A stretch of 64,000 nucleotides of DNA from Camelus ferus (Eukaryota). The position numbers were made by a program, and so were the translations under genes. The notes beneath the pieces are model-generated. The model was given only the letters and a program-made list of their open reading frames with translations. It was not told where the DNA came from and did not search any database. This document shows, in pieces, positions 44,801 through 57,344 of this stretch (positions within the stretch are counted from its first letter, which is position 1; each line of letters starts with the position of its first letter). The stretch spans positions 31,868,001 through 31,932,000 of the forward strand of contig NC_045718.1 of the NCBI RefSeq assembly GCF_009834535.1. The letters run 5' to 3'.

Positions 44801-47800
44801 TGTCTTTCATTGCTTTGTTTCAGTTCTTCCTAGGATGTTTCAACTCCAACCCTTTACAGGAAGAACTAACAAGGAAGGGAACTGAGGCACAGTGGGAGGA
44901 AGTGGGCGCCCCCTCCTCACACAAGTGATCCGAGGGCCCATCTGGAGAGCTGGCAGATGCCCAGTTTATTCAAGTTAATGTCGTCTCCTGTCCGATCACA
45001 GTAAACAAATTGGATCTGCAGGGCTGTCTTGATTGTTTAATCTAATGCTTTTTGTTTAACTGTGTTTGATATCTTCATGAGAGACCATTAAGATATTAAA
45101 AACAGTGTTCCCTAATCTAACGAATTGTTAGCAAAAATAAATGCATTAAAAGCTAATTGTTGAGCTATACATTTTTAACACACTGCTGACGAACCAAGAG
45201 CCTTTTAACAACAATTGAATAAATAAGCCTTTAGAACAGAGGCAGTGAGTAGTCAAGGCATGCACTTCTCATTTGCCGGTTGCTGGTGGACACAGAGCAT
45301 CCATGCCCCGCCAATGTCCCCAAATACGCTGCCCTCGAGCCAGAGACATGTCACCCAGGACCTGAACAGCCCATGACCGCATTGTCATCGGCTGTCTTCC
45401 CAAGACCACAAAAAGCAAACTATCTCTTTCTAAAGAAAGCAGTGACCGCCCAGATGGGGTGAGGGGCACTTGCCCTCCTGTGGCTGCGATCACCCCCCAA
45501 ATGCTATCTTTCCCCCAGCGTCATGGTCACCCCTGGTCACTTAGGCTCCTCTCCAGCTGCCCCCACCCACATACCCTCCCAGACCCTGGAGACTGACAGC
45601 TTCGTTCCACACATTGGGGACCCCTCTGAAGCCTGGAAGTTTGCTCTCCATTGGCTTCTATTTTGGGAGCTTGGACTTAGCCCTGGAATTTTACAAGCCT
45701 AGGAGGAATTGGCGAGGCCTTGGCACTTTTCTTTGCTCCTGCCTCCCCTCCCCACAAAGCCCCTGTCCTCTGCATCCCCAGGAAGAGGGATGCCCAACAC
45801 CCCCGGCAGACTCGGGGAAAGACAGCTCTATAGTTGGTGGGGGTAGGAAGCTGGGAGGAGCAGAGTCCAAAACCTAGTGGGGAGGAACCCGGCAGCCTTC
45901 AACTTTGCAGAAGGCCACCAAGGCAGGGAAAATCTAAAAGTTTGTGATTTTCAGCAGCAAAAGCTTATGGTCCAAGGTGAGAACTACATCCATTTCTGAG
46001 CTTATGATACCGAGCAAGGAGGCTTGTGAATGAGCCCCTTAGCAGAGTGCCTTTGTTTTCAGGAAATAAAGCCCCAACCTTGACAATCTTATCCTCAACT
46101 TGGAGTCCCTCCTCCTGTTTCCTCCTCTATTCCAGAGACCCGGAAAAGCCTGCCTCCCGGCCAGTTTCTTCCCTCCAAGGAGATGTATAGCCTTTATGTT
46201 CCTCAACAGAAACATAGCAGGCCAGATTGTGGGACTTGCCTTTGTTAATTTCTCCAGCATGTTAATTTCTCCAGCATGTGTCCTGAGAACCATGAATAAA
46301 TGCCCAAAATACACTGGTGTGACAAGAGGATTCACCAAAGTCATCCTCCCAGAGCGAGGAATAAATCAGCCCAGAGGTGCAGCCTGCTTCTCCTTTTAGA
46401 GCCAAATAAAAACAATTTTGATTACTTTTAGAATAACCCTTTGCCTCTGCTTTCATGGGCTCAGAAAGATTGAGGCCGTCTCAGAGCACCTAGCTACTTG
46501 ATAAAGAAAATACATTAATGATCAGGAAAGACACACCCATCTTTGAAATTGTCATTTGCCAGGCAGGAAGCTCCAATCTCAAACTGTGCGAAAAGCTAGA
46601 CTTCTGGCGAAGTCTGGGCAGCCCCAGTTGGCAAGCCAAGAAGTTCCGGTTTCTGGTCTTTTGAGAATCACACAGTTGGTATCAGCGGTTTTTGGAGATT
46701 ATTCCTCAGCGCAGGAAGACCGGGAACTCATGAATTGTGGGGTCCCTGGAAGCGGACACGTTGTCCCCTGCACCCTGCACACTGCCTGGCTCTCACTGAG
46801 TGTCCACTGAGTCAATGTTTTCACTTGGTACTGAGCTGACACCCCCTCCCTCATCCATAGCCTCGTTTCAGACCAGTGACATTGGCATTGTACATGGTAT
46901 TAGGATAACCAGTCTTCTGTACCTTAACCATCAACTCCTCACAATATTATTCTTTCTGGGAGCTACATGTAGGGCCACTTAAGGGCTTGGCCAACCCACA
47001 CATCTGCCTTAGTCTGTCCAGACTGATTTTTTATGACATGTTGAGACCTCTCCCCATGCATCACCTTACAAGCTCCCATGCTAAGAATGCCACTCTAGCT
47101 CTTTGCCTGCCCTGTCTGCCCATCCTCCACCCACCTTCTCAACACAGTCCTTCCTAATCACTCTCAGACCGCCACGATCCTTCCCTTCTTAGCTGTCTGA
47201 ATCACCCTTTGGGACTTCTTCATTGACTGAATAAATATTTACTGTGCACCTACTAGGCACTAAGTGCTGGAGATGAAGAATAAATCAGTCCTTCAATGGT
47301 TCTTGGGAATCTTTGATTCCTCATAATCAAAGCTTTTTCCCTCTTTCAGCTCTGGCCTGATACTGTCAAATGTTCAAGTGCATATCCCCTGGCTGTGCTC
47401 CAAGCTTAAAGACTAGCTTCTAATTGTCACTTAACTTCCCAAGCAGCCTAGCTCTAGAGTGAGAACTCAGCAGACCCTTAAGTGGTTAAGGGTTTCATTC
47501 TGGTCTGTACATCAGCCTCTGTGAGTTTGGCTAATGTGAGTTTGGCTCAAGAGACAGAGCTATTCTTGGTATGCTGACAGCAAAAGTTTCTGAGCATATG
47601 AGGCTGAAAGCCAGACAGTGGGATTGTCAGATTCATGAAGAGGAAGCCCCCATAGGATTTTCCCAAGTTCATCTCTTCTTGTCACTTTGTACCTCCACAG
47701 TAGTCTCAGGACTGTGAGGAAATGCAGAGCACACACAGATCACTGTGGGGCATCCTCATTAGTGTGCATAGACAGGCCCCAGAGCATTCACGCTCTGATG

Positions 47801-49269
47801 GATTGGACCAGCTTGGTTATCGTCTGGCCTCTGCCCTGCAGGGTCTCCACAGGTGTTTGTTCAGGAGCAAAGCACTGATAAATGCCTGACTTAGAGCTTT
47901 AAAGAAGCCCAGAAGGTTAATTAAAAGGAGAACATGCTTTCAATGACTTGAAAACAGTGAGCACAAGACAATTAAGTTAATCAGCCTCACTGTTTTTGCG
48001 CTCAATTAAAGTGTTTTTAATTCATTTACTTCTAATTCTCTGTCTATTAACTCAATAGAAGGAGAGTTTTATGATAATTAACTTGTTCTAAAAAGTAAAA
48101 TTTCAGACACAGTCTGAACCAGAAAAAGTTGAACCTGAGGAGGAATGTGCAGAGAGTTTCTGCGTTGACCGTGCTTCAGGGTTATTCACAATACTCAACA
48201 CGTTGAAATTCAGTGATGCTAATATGTGATAATGGTGTCACAACTTTCCATTTGCTCCTGGGAGTCTGTTCGTTAATTGACTGATGTTGATTTTAGCCAA
48301 TGCTTAGACCTTAGCCAGACCTTCCCGCTGAGCAGCTGGGGGACTCAAAAAAGAGGACTCTTAAGTTCTTGTGACCCTCTTGTGAAAATAGCAAGAGGAT
48401 GGCTCATGGGCAAGGTGAGCCTCCAGCTTGTTACAATTCTACACGGAAACCCAGCCCGACTCCTGGCACGTGGGCCAGGCCCAGGGACAGACACCCTTGC
48501 AGCTCAGGACAGCTCTGGGATTCGCCAGGCCCTTCCAGTATTTCACACACACACCACCCACAACCCTCCAAGTTCACATCATGCATAAATTTGCACCCCC
48601 ACATTACAGATGAGGAAAAGAGACTCAGAGACCATCCCAACTTCATGCAGCTCATATCTGGACACAAATCCAAGTCTACTGGTTACCCCTGCAGTCTGCT
48701 GGGACAAAGAAAGGAAGGGTGTGGACTCAGTGCTGGAATTAGAAAGGTCCTCTGAGGCCATTTAGTCCTCCCCCACCCTTGCAGGAGTCTCTTGGGCCCT
48801 GGGCCGAGAGGCATTGCCCAGCTGCCTTGGCTCAAGCGTGCCAGGCCTGCACAGTCAGTTTCCAACAAGACAACCCACACCACTGGGGACGGCACAATGC
48901 TCGTCCTCACTTATTCATCTGGAGACGGCTCCACTTGAGTCTGAGCTGAGCGAGTCACTCAGAGCTCAGGCCAGACTGCAAAGCTCTGGGAGAACGAGAG
49001 GACAGGCCCTCCAGGATTCTGCCAAATAAGCCACATCGGCGCCTCTGCTAGTCTCATGCTGAGGGCAGGCTCACTGGTGTGTTTCCAGATCCAGAATCCC
49101 CTTTGCATGGCCTCTTTTTGCGATGGGCAGTGAGGAGCATGCCTGCCTCTACTGCAAAATGGGAACTGTCTGCTGTGTGTATAACAGGATCGTATGGATA
49201 CCCAGGAGACAGAACGTGCTCCAAGAAATCAACTCGAGAAAGCCAGTCCGGTGGCATCAAAACAATGGC

Positions 49270-50150
49270 TATGAATAAGCAAGTCACAGAAGAGGCGATA
49301 CAAATGGCTAATTAATACACAAACATGTGCTCAACACAAAATAATTTTAACCTCACAATAAGACACCACTATTCACTGGTTGGCAAAAATTTAAAAGTAT
49401 TGGTGAGGATGTGGGAAAACAGGCACTGTTTGTGGTGATGTGTGCTCATACAGACCTCCTGGAGTATATTTTAGCTGGATTTATTAAAATTTAAAATATG
49501 TGTTTGCTTAGAGCTGTGCTATCCAATATATAATAGACACCAGCTATGGCTGCTCGTTTAAATAAAAAGTAAATTAATAAAATTTAACACAATTACAATT
49601 GCACTTCCTCAATTTCACTAACAACATTTCCAGTGCTCAAAAGTCATGTGTTGGCAAGTGTCTACCATCTTGGATAAGTGTGGAATAGAGTACTTTCGTC
49701 CTTGTAGAAAGTTCTATTGGCCAGCACTACCTTAGACTCAGAAATTTCACTTGAAGTTATGAAATCTTTAAGAAATAATAACACATGAACCCAAAGTCAC
49801 ATGCGTAAGGGTTTTTTCCCTAAAACATTGTTTGCAATAAGAAAAAAATAGAAAAGCTGGAAACCAGGACCACCAGTGAGGGAATGGTTAAATCATGGCA
49901 CATCCGTAATGAGGATGGAGTGTAGCGGTAAAAAAGAACGAGGCGATTTTCCATTTTTCTGACATGAAAAGATCCCTCAAATGTAGTGTTAAGCAATAGA
50001 AAGCCAATTACAAAATAATAGTATTACCCCATTTGTATAAAAACTCTTATAAAACAAAATTTCAGATTTCTGTAAGTTGTGTGTGTGAATGCATAGAAAA
50101 AGATCTAACCACGGTGAGCGCCTCTGGGAAGAAGGCAGGATTGGCGGAGA
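49270..50150 (+). mobile_element. Old L1ME-like 3-prime region interrupted by MER3
   Basis: gtattggtgaggatgtgggaaaacaggcactg ... ggaatggttaaatcatggcacatcc. Confidence 0.8.
49514..49729 (+). mobile_element. MER3-like hAT MITE
   Basis: ctgtgctatccaata ... gaaagttctattggccagcacta, with degenerate TSD gcttagag / ccttagac. Confidence 0.8.
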
Positions 50151-50703
50151 TCAAACGGGGACTTTAGAGAATATCGATGACCCAGGATTGGAAGATAGGA
50201 TTGGATCTGTTGTCAGCACAGTATCTGACACCCACTGGGCTCTGTCCTGGCCCCACTGAATCACACTGGGATCCAGGCCAGGAGCCTCAAATATTGGGCA
50301 TCTAAGTGTAAAAGCACCAGTGTGCACAGTGTGGGCACCAGCGGCCTTGGCAGTCATCAGCTCTCCGTCAACATGATGGCAGCAGAGGCCAGCAGTCTCA
50401 GGCAGACCCCAGGGCCCCCCTCCACTGGCTCGCCCCGGCCAGACCCGGTGAGCAGTGGGGTGGCAGCAGCACCTTTGCCAGTCTCCTGCCATCCACATGG
50501 CTTCAAGTTTGGCCGCAATGTGAAACATCACCGTGGGCGGGAGGGCAGACGACCATCTACTGGGGGGGGGGGGCGCTGGAGCAGGCAGAGTCATGTTTTC
50601 AACCCTCCAGAGAGATTCTGGGGAATTGGAGGACAGTTTGGGATGGGGATGGATTTGGAGAAATTATGCTTTATGACCGTGAACCACTTTATTCCTAGAC
50701 TGG

Positions 50704-51088
50704 TGTGTTAGTTGGCTCGGACTACCGTAACAAAACACTAGGACTGGGTACCTTAAACCATCGAAATATATTTTCTCACGGTTCCGGAGGCCAGAAGTCC
50801 AAGGTCACGGTGTTAGCAGGGTTGGTTTCTTCTGAGATCTCTCTCCTTGGCTTGTAGATTGCTGTCTTCTCCCTGTGTCTTCTTCCCTCTGTATGTGTCT
50901 GTGTCCTGATTTCGTTTTCTTCTGAGGACACCAGGCATACTGGATTAGGATCCACTTTACTGACCTCATCTTAACTTAACCATCCCTTATCAATGCCCTG
51001 TCTCCAAACACAGTCACATTCTGAGGACCTGGGGGTTAGAGCTTCAACTATGAGACCGGGGGAGGGGGACATGCTTCAGCCCATAACA
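50704..51088 (-). mobile_element. MLT1A/B-like MaLR solo LTR
   Basis: tgtgttagtt .. ttctcacggttccggaggccagaagtccaagg ... gtcacattctgagg ... cagcccataaca; CTGG on both flanks. Confidence 0.9.
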
Positions 51089-51449
51089 CTGGCATTGCCT
51101 GGGAAACACCGCTCACTAGTGCTGCCCGTCACGTGTTCACTCCAGAAGTGTTTACGGAGCACCATCTCTGGGGCAGGCTTGTTCCTCAAGAACCTTGAAA
51201 TAAGGAGACAAGTGCACAATTACCTCAGTATAACGCAGAGAGACCTCCCTGAGCCCAGTCATCAGCAGTCCGCTGACCTTCTGTTCCAAGCCACCAACCC
51301 CTGTGGACTCTCCTAGGCTTGGCTCTGCTTCCCCACTGGGACATCTGCCTCTTGCGTTCTCTCTCTTTAATGCAAACTTCTTGCCTGAACCAGAACCGGA
51401 AATTGCCAGCGCCCCTGGACGTCATCCATGATTCATTATCCTTTTATCC

Positions 51450-52170
51450 CACACTCATCTATTAAGCACCTTTGGTATGCCCAATTCTGGACACTCAGAG
51501 TTGTAAACAAGCAGACGAGTCCCTGACATCAAGGAATTTATATTCTCAAATAGGGCAACACACGATGATCAACAACACAAATGATTATCATTGCTATGAT
51601 GAAAATAGACTCAGGTAAGGGGAGGTAGAGTGATCAGAAAGGCTATTTTTAAAAAGTGGTCGCCAGTCTGATGAGGTGATTTTTGAGCAGAGATACCCAA
51701 GGACCTGGGAGAGTGATCCTTCTGCTATGTGTCTGGGAAATGCATTGAACCACGCAGATAAAACAGCCAGTGCTTAAGGTGGGAGCATAGACTATTTGGG
51801 GGGCAGCAAAGGGGCCAGTGTGGCTGTCACTGCATGGGGAGATGTGGTCTGGCACAGAACAGGGAGGCACTCTCCTGCAGGGCCTGGCGGGCTCTGGTAA
51901 GAAATTTTGCTCGGCTCACTCTGTGTGCTATGGGAGACCTTCACAGGATTTTGAGTGTGATCACTCACACTGCCTGTGCAGAGGGGAAATGAGAGCAAAT
52001 ACTGGGCAGCTATTTAAGCATCCCAGGGAGGGAAGATGAAATCTAACACTTGGGTCCCAGCACTGGGGGTGGTGAGAAGAGATCAGACCCAAGGCAGAGC
52101 CAAGAGATGATAGGATCAATGATTCAGATGGGCTCTCAGTTTTGTCTTGAAAGGGACACAAGACCTAGAA
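51450..52170 (-). mobile_element. L2 3-prime region
   Basis: actcatctattaagcacct.. ; gaggtgatttttgagcagaga.. ; ggccagtgtggctg. Confidence 0.75.
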
Positions 52171-53256
52171 ACAGAGTCAGTCTCCCTCATTTCAGCTTGC
52201 TAGTTCAAAATCAACAACCAGCATCACGAACGGGGCCAATGGCGATACTTTGGAAAGACACTCATGATGCAATGTCTGATTTTTATTAAATTTCATAAGC
52301 AAAGGATTAAATCCTATAGAAACAAAGGTACAGGCACAATCATAGCACAAATGAATTTACTCCCAGGGCTCAGCCCAGGACCAACCAGAAGCCCTCCTTC
52401 AGATCTGACAGCCAAAATTACTGTCAAGAACCCAGGCCAAAGAAAGATCGATGTTCCCATCCCACAGACGGGGTCCGAGGGGCAGAGCAGTGTCTCCACT
52501 CGTCCCAGTGCTGCTGGAGAGGGTATTCTGTTCTGAGAGTCTCTGAAATGGTGATTGTCAAGAAAACCAAAACCATCTCAACTCGCAATTTCAGATCACA
52601 AAATTGGACATTCAGGCCTGAATTCAAGCACCAGCCCAGCCCAGTCCTACTCATATATGGTCTCCGGACAGCCTGACCCAAGGGACTGGACAGTGGGTCA
52701 GCAGGCAGGATAGATTTTGGTCCTACTTCTGCTTTGATTGAATGCTGTGACCCAGTTTCTCCATTGATAGAGTGGTGATGGTATCCTCCCTTTCCTTCCT
52801 TGCTGGGAGACGAAGGCCCTAGTTCTACCCAAAACATTAAAGCAGTGTTTGGCAGGACCTAACAATGCTGATTGGATTGCTGTCTCTGTACAGGACAGAC
52901 AGTATTGTGTAGGGTCAAATGCAATTACTTTATCTTGCGCAAGAGAAGTGCTTTTATCATCAAAGCACTTTCTGCCATTATTATTGAGGAAAAAGTCAAG
53001 AATACCCACTGTCACCACTTCTATTTAACATTGTACCATAAAGTAAAAGAAAGAAAGAAAAATGTAGAGCCTGGCCAGAAAAGAAGTAAAACTCTCTGGA
53101 TTAGCAGATGACGTGATTGTATATGCAGAAAGTCCAACAAAAGAATCCACAAACCATTAGAATTAATAAGTGGATTTAACAAAGTTACTGGATAGAAGAT
53201 CAATATAAAAATTAATTGTATTTCTATATACTAGCAACAAAGAATTGGAAAAGAAC

Positions 53257-55390
53257 ATTTTTAAATGGAGGTACAGTTGATTTATAATATATTAGTTTCA
53301 GGTGTACAATATAGTGAGTCACAATTTTTATAGATTATACTCAATTTAAAGTTATTACAAAATATTGGCTACATTCCCTATGCTGTACAACATATCCTTG
53401 TAGGTTATTTATTTTATACATAGTAGTTTGGACCTCTTAATCCCTTACCCCTATCTTGTGCCTTCCCGTCTCCCTTCTCCCCACTGCTAACCGCTGGTTT
53501 GTTCTCTATATCTGTGAGCCTGTTTTTGCATTGTTAAATTCATTCTCTTATTTTATTTTTTATATCCCACATTTAAGTGATAACATATAGTATTTGTCTT
53601 TCCCTGTTTGACTTATTTCACTAAGCATAATACCTCCAGTTCCAGCCATGTTNNNNNNNNNNNNNNNNNNNNNNNNNNNNNNNNNNNNNNNNNNNNNNNN
53701 NNNNNNNNNNNNNNNNNNNNNNNNNNNNNNNNNNNNNNNNNNNNNNNNNNNNNNNNNNNNNNNNNNNNNNNNNNNNNNNNNNNNNNNNNACTGCTATAAA
53801 CATTGGGGTGCATATATCTTTTTGAATTAATATTTTTTTTCTTCAGATATATACCCAGGAGTAGAATTGCTAGATCATATGGTAGTTTTATTTTCAGTTT
53901 TTTAGGACCCTCTATATTGTTTTCCACAGTGGCTGCACCAATTTACACTCTCACTGGCAATGTCCAAGGGTTCACTTTTCTCCACATCCTTGTCAACAAT
54001 TTGTTATTTGTGGTCTTTTTGATGATAACCATTCTGAAAGGTGTGAAGTGATATCTCATTGTGATTTTTTAATGTATTTATTTTTAATTAATTAATTTAT
54101 TTTTAAATTTTGTTTGGGGGGAGTTGCTTAAGTTTACTTATTTATTCTTAATGGAGGTACTAGGGATTGAACCCAGGGCCTCCTGCATGCTAGGCACATG
54201 CTCTACCCCTGAGCTTTACCCTCCTCCCACACTGTGGTTTTGAGTTGCATTTATTTGATGCTTGGCCATGGTGAGCATCCTTTCATGTACCTGTTGGCCA
54301 TCTATATGTCTTCTTTGGGAAAATGTCTATTCAGTTCTTCTGTCCATTTTTCAATCGGGTTGCTTGCTTTTTTGATATTGAGGTGAATGCACCTTTTATA
54401 TATTTTGGATATTAACTCTTTATTGGTCATACCATTTGCAAATATTATCTCACTTTCAATAAGTTGTCTTTTCATTTTGTCAGTGGATTTCTTTGTTGTC
54501 AAAAACTTTTCAGTTTAATTAGGTCTCATACGTTTTTGTTTTCTTTTGTTTCCTTTGCCTTAGGAGACAGATCAAAAAAATATTGCTATGATTTATAGAG
54601 TGTTCTGCCTATGTTTTCTTCTAGGATTTTAATGGTTTCCAGTCTTACATTTAGGTTTTTAACCCATTTTGGGTTTATTTTTGTTTATGGTGTGAGAAAA
54701 CGTTTTAATTTTATTTTTTTTTTACAAGTAGCTACCAGTTTTCCCAGCACCACTTATTGAAGTGACTATCTTTTCCTCATTGTATGTTCTTGTCTCCTTT
54801 ATAATAGATTATTTGACCATAAGTATGTGAGTTTATTTCTGGGTTCTCTATTTTGTTCCATTGATATATGTGTCTGTTCTTGTGCCAGCACCATACTGTT
54901 TTGATTAATGTAGTTTTGCAATATAGTCTGAAGTCAGGGAGCATGGNNNNNNNNNNNNNNNNNNNNNNNNNNNNNNNNNNNNNNNNNNNNNNNNNNNNNN
55001 NNNNNNNNNNNNNNNNNNNNNNNNNNNNNNNNNNNNNNNNNNNNNNNNNNNNNNNNNNNNNNNNNNNNNNNNNNNNNNNNNNNNNNNNNNNNNNNNNNNN
55101 NNNNNNNNNNNNNNNNNNNNNNNNNNNNNNNNNNNNNNNNNNNNNNNNNNNNCTATCTGTTTGCACCATCCTCAAGTTCTTTCACCAGTGACTTACAGTC
55201 TTCCAAGTACAGGTCTTTTAGCTCCTTAGGTTTATTCTTAGGTATTTTATTCCTTTTGATGTAATTGTAAATGGAATTGTTTCCTTGATTTCTCTTTCTG
55301 ATAGTTCATTGTTATTGTATAGAAGTGCAACAGATTTCTGTATATTGATTTTGCATCCTGCAGCTTTACTGAATTCATTGATGAGCTCTA
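53257..55390 (-). mobile_element. Young 5-prime-truncated L1 (about 2.1 kb, two N gaps, contains a SINE)
   Basis: 3-prime end tttttaaatggaggtacagttgattta; ORF2 reverse sequence up to gaattcattgatgagctcta. Confidence 0.9.
54066..54228 (-). mobile_element. tRNA-derived camelid-type SINE inserted in the young L1
   Basis: ggaggtactagggattgaacccagggcctcctgcatgctaggcacatgctctacccctgagctttaccctcc with an AT-rich tail. Confidence 0.88.
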
Positions 55391-56686
55391 AAAGTCTTAA
55401 TATTTTGACGATGCCAATGTTACCTAACTGGATCTATAGAGCCAATGCAATCACAATCAAAATCCCAGCAGGTTTTTTGTTTTTTTTTTTTTTTGAGATT
55501 ATTGAGAAGCTGATTTAAAAATTTATATGGGAACCTCAAAAGATCTAGATTAATCAAGAGTGTTTTGAAGAAGAATAAAATTGGGAAACAAATTTCAAAG
55601 TAATTAATTTCAGAGCTACAGTAACTAAGAGAGTGTGGTGAAAGGACAGATATATAGACCAATCGAACAGGACACAGAGTCCCAAAATATTTCTGACCGC
55701 TTGGCTTGTGACTGCAACTCAATGGGGAAAAAGAAGAGTCTTTTCAATAAATGCCGCTGAGCAATTAGATATCTACAAGGAAAAACATGGATCTTGACCT
55801 CTGCCTCACTCTACATATAAAAATTAATTCAAGATTAATCATAGACCTAATGTCAAAAAAAGAGAATAAAACCTCTAGAAGAAAATATGAAAGGATGTTT
55901 TCATGACCTTGGAGTGAGCAAAGATTTCTTAAATTAGGCATAAAATGATAAGCCACAAAAGAAAAGCTGGTAAACTGCACTTCATTGAAATTAAGAACTT
56001 CTGCTCGTCAAAAGACACCATCAGCATGAAAAGACAAACCACAGACTGAGAGAAGATATTGGAAAACATATAACTGATAAAGCACTTGTATCCCAAATAC
56101 GTGAAGAACTACTAAAACTCAGTAATGAAAAGATAGCCAAACTCATTTAAAAATGAGTTTTTAATGTGTATCTAGGACAGTGGATAGTTACTGACAAGGA
56201 ACAGGAGAGTATTTTCTGAGCTAATGAAATGTTCTAAATCTTGGTCTGGGTGGTGGTTAAACTAAGGCAGACATATGTAAACACTTATCAAGCCGTACAC
56301 TTAGGGTTAATGCATTTTATCCACTTTATGTGCATACATTTTGCCTCAATAAAAAGTAAATAGTAAGAAGAAAATATTTTTTAAAAATACCTACCACCTA
56401 GGTTAACATTCCCCAAATGGTGTTTTAAGGCATACTGACTTTGCACTGGAAGGTAATATGTTTATCATATAAAAAAGATTCCATTTTCAAATATGTTAAT
56501 GAAAAACTTGTGTTCAGCAAAAAATAACCCAGAAAGAAGTCTTTATTGCAAAATTTCTCAGAGCTTTTTTCCATTAACATTTTGACAAATTGTATTTTAT
56601 CTCTTAGTGCACGTGTAACAATTGTTCAGCAAAACACAGATTAAGAGATGCTGACTTGAAATAACACAGTTAAAAGTATAACTCAG

Positions 56687-56850
56687 GGGGAGGGTATAGC
56701 ACAGCAGTAGAGTGCGTGCTTAGCATGCAGGACGTCCCAGGTTCAATTCCCAGTACTGCCATTGAGATAAATAGCTAAATCAACCTAATTATCTCCTATC
56801 TCCCCCCACCAAAATTTTTTAAAAATTAAATTAAATTAAATTTAAAAAAA
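56687..56850 (+). mobile_element. tRNA-derived camelid-type SINE with TSD
   Basis: ggggagggtatagcacagcagtagagtgcgtgcttagcatgcaggacgtcccaggttcaattcccagtac. TSD TATAACTCAG at 56677-56686 and 56851-56860. Confidence 0.9.
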
Positions 56851-56896
56851 TATAACTCAGATTCCAGGAAATCAAGGGAGTAATGATTTTTTAGTA

Positions 56897-57344
56897 TGTC
56901 AGTTGGGTCCTTCTGGGAAGCAGACTCCAAGACGGAGTTAAGAGTGCACGAGATTTATTAGGGGTGAAGCCTGTGAAAGATAAAGGAGGGGGAGCAGGAG
57001 TGAGCCGTCTCACTGTGAGGACTGTGATGGGGACAGGAGAAGGGGAGGAAGGAGAATGCGGAAGGAGAAGCCTCTGACTGATGTGCTGCTCCAGGAAAGT
57101 CCCGGCCAGCACAAAGGGCAGCGCTGGTGAAAAGTGCCTTTAGCAGAGTCCCCAGTTGGACAGAAAGAGCTATTCCCTGGGGCCTCTGCCCTGTTCTGTC
57201 ACTGGCTGGGTGCTGCCTCGGAAGAGTGTGGCACTGGCTCAAACACTGCAGCTGGAGGCTGACAGCTGGCTGCATACCTCAGAGATGACTGGCAAGTCCT
57301 TTCTTGGATGGAGATCCAAGTGGCGGATGTCCATGGTTGTCACA
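56897..57344 (-). mobile_element. LTR33-like ERVL solo LTR
   Basis: Minus strand starts tgtgacaaccatggacatccgccacttggatctccatccaagaaaggacttg and ends aataaatctcgtgcactc..gtctgcttcccagaaggacccaactgaca. Confidence 0.75.

Larger units (their letters stand above)
52970..56360 (+). mobile_element. Old L1 (ORF2 to 3-prime UTR) hosting a younger inverted L1
   Basis: ttagcagatgacgtgattgtatatgcagaaag (RT region). Resumes at 55391 (aatgcaatcacaatcaaaatcccagcagg) and ends ttgcctcaataaaaag. Confidence 0.85.
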
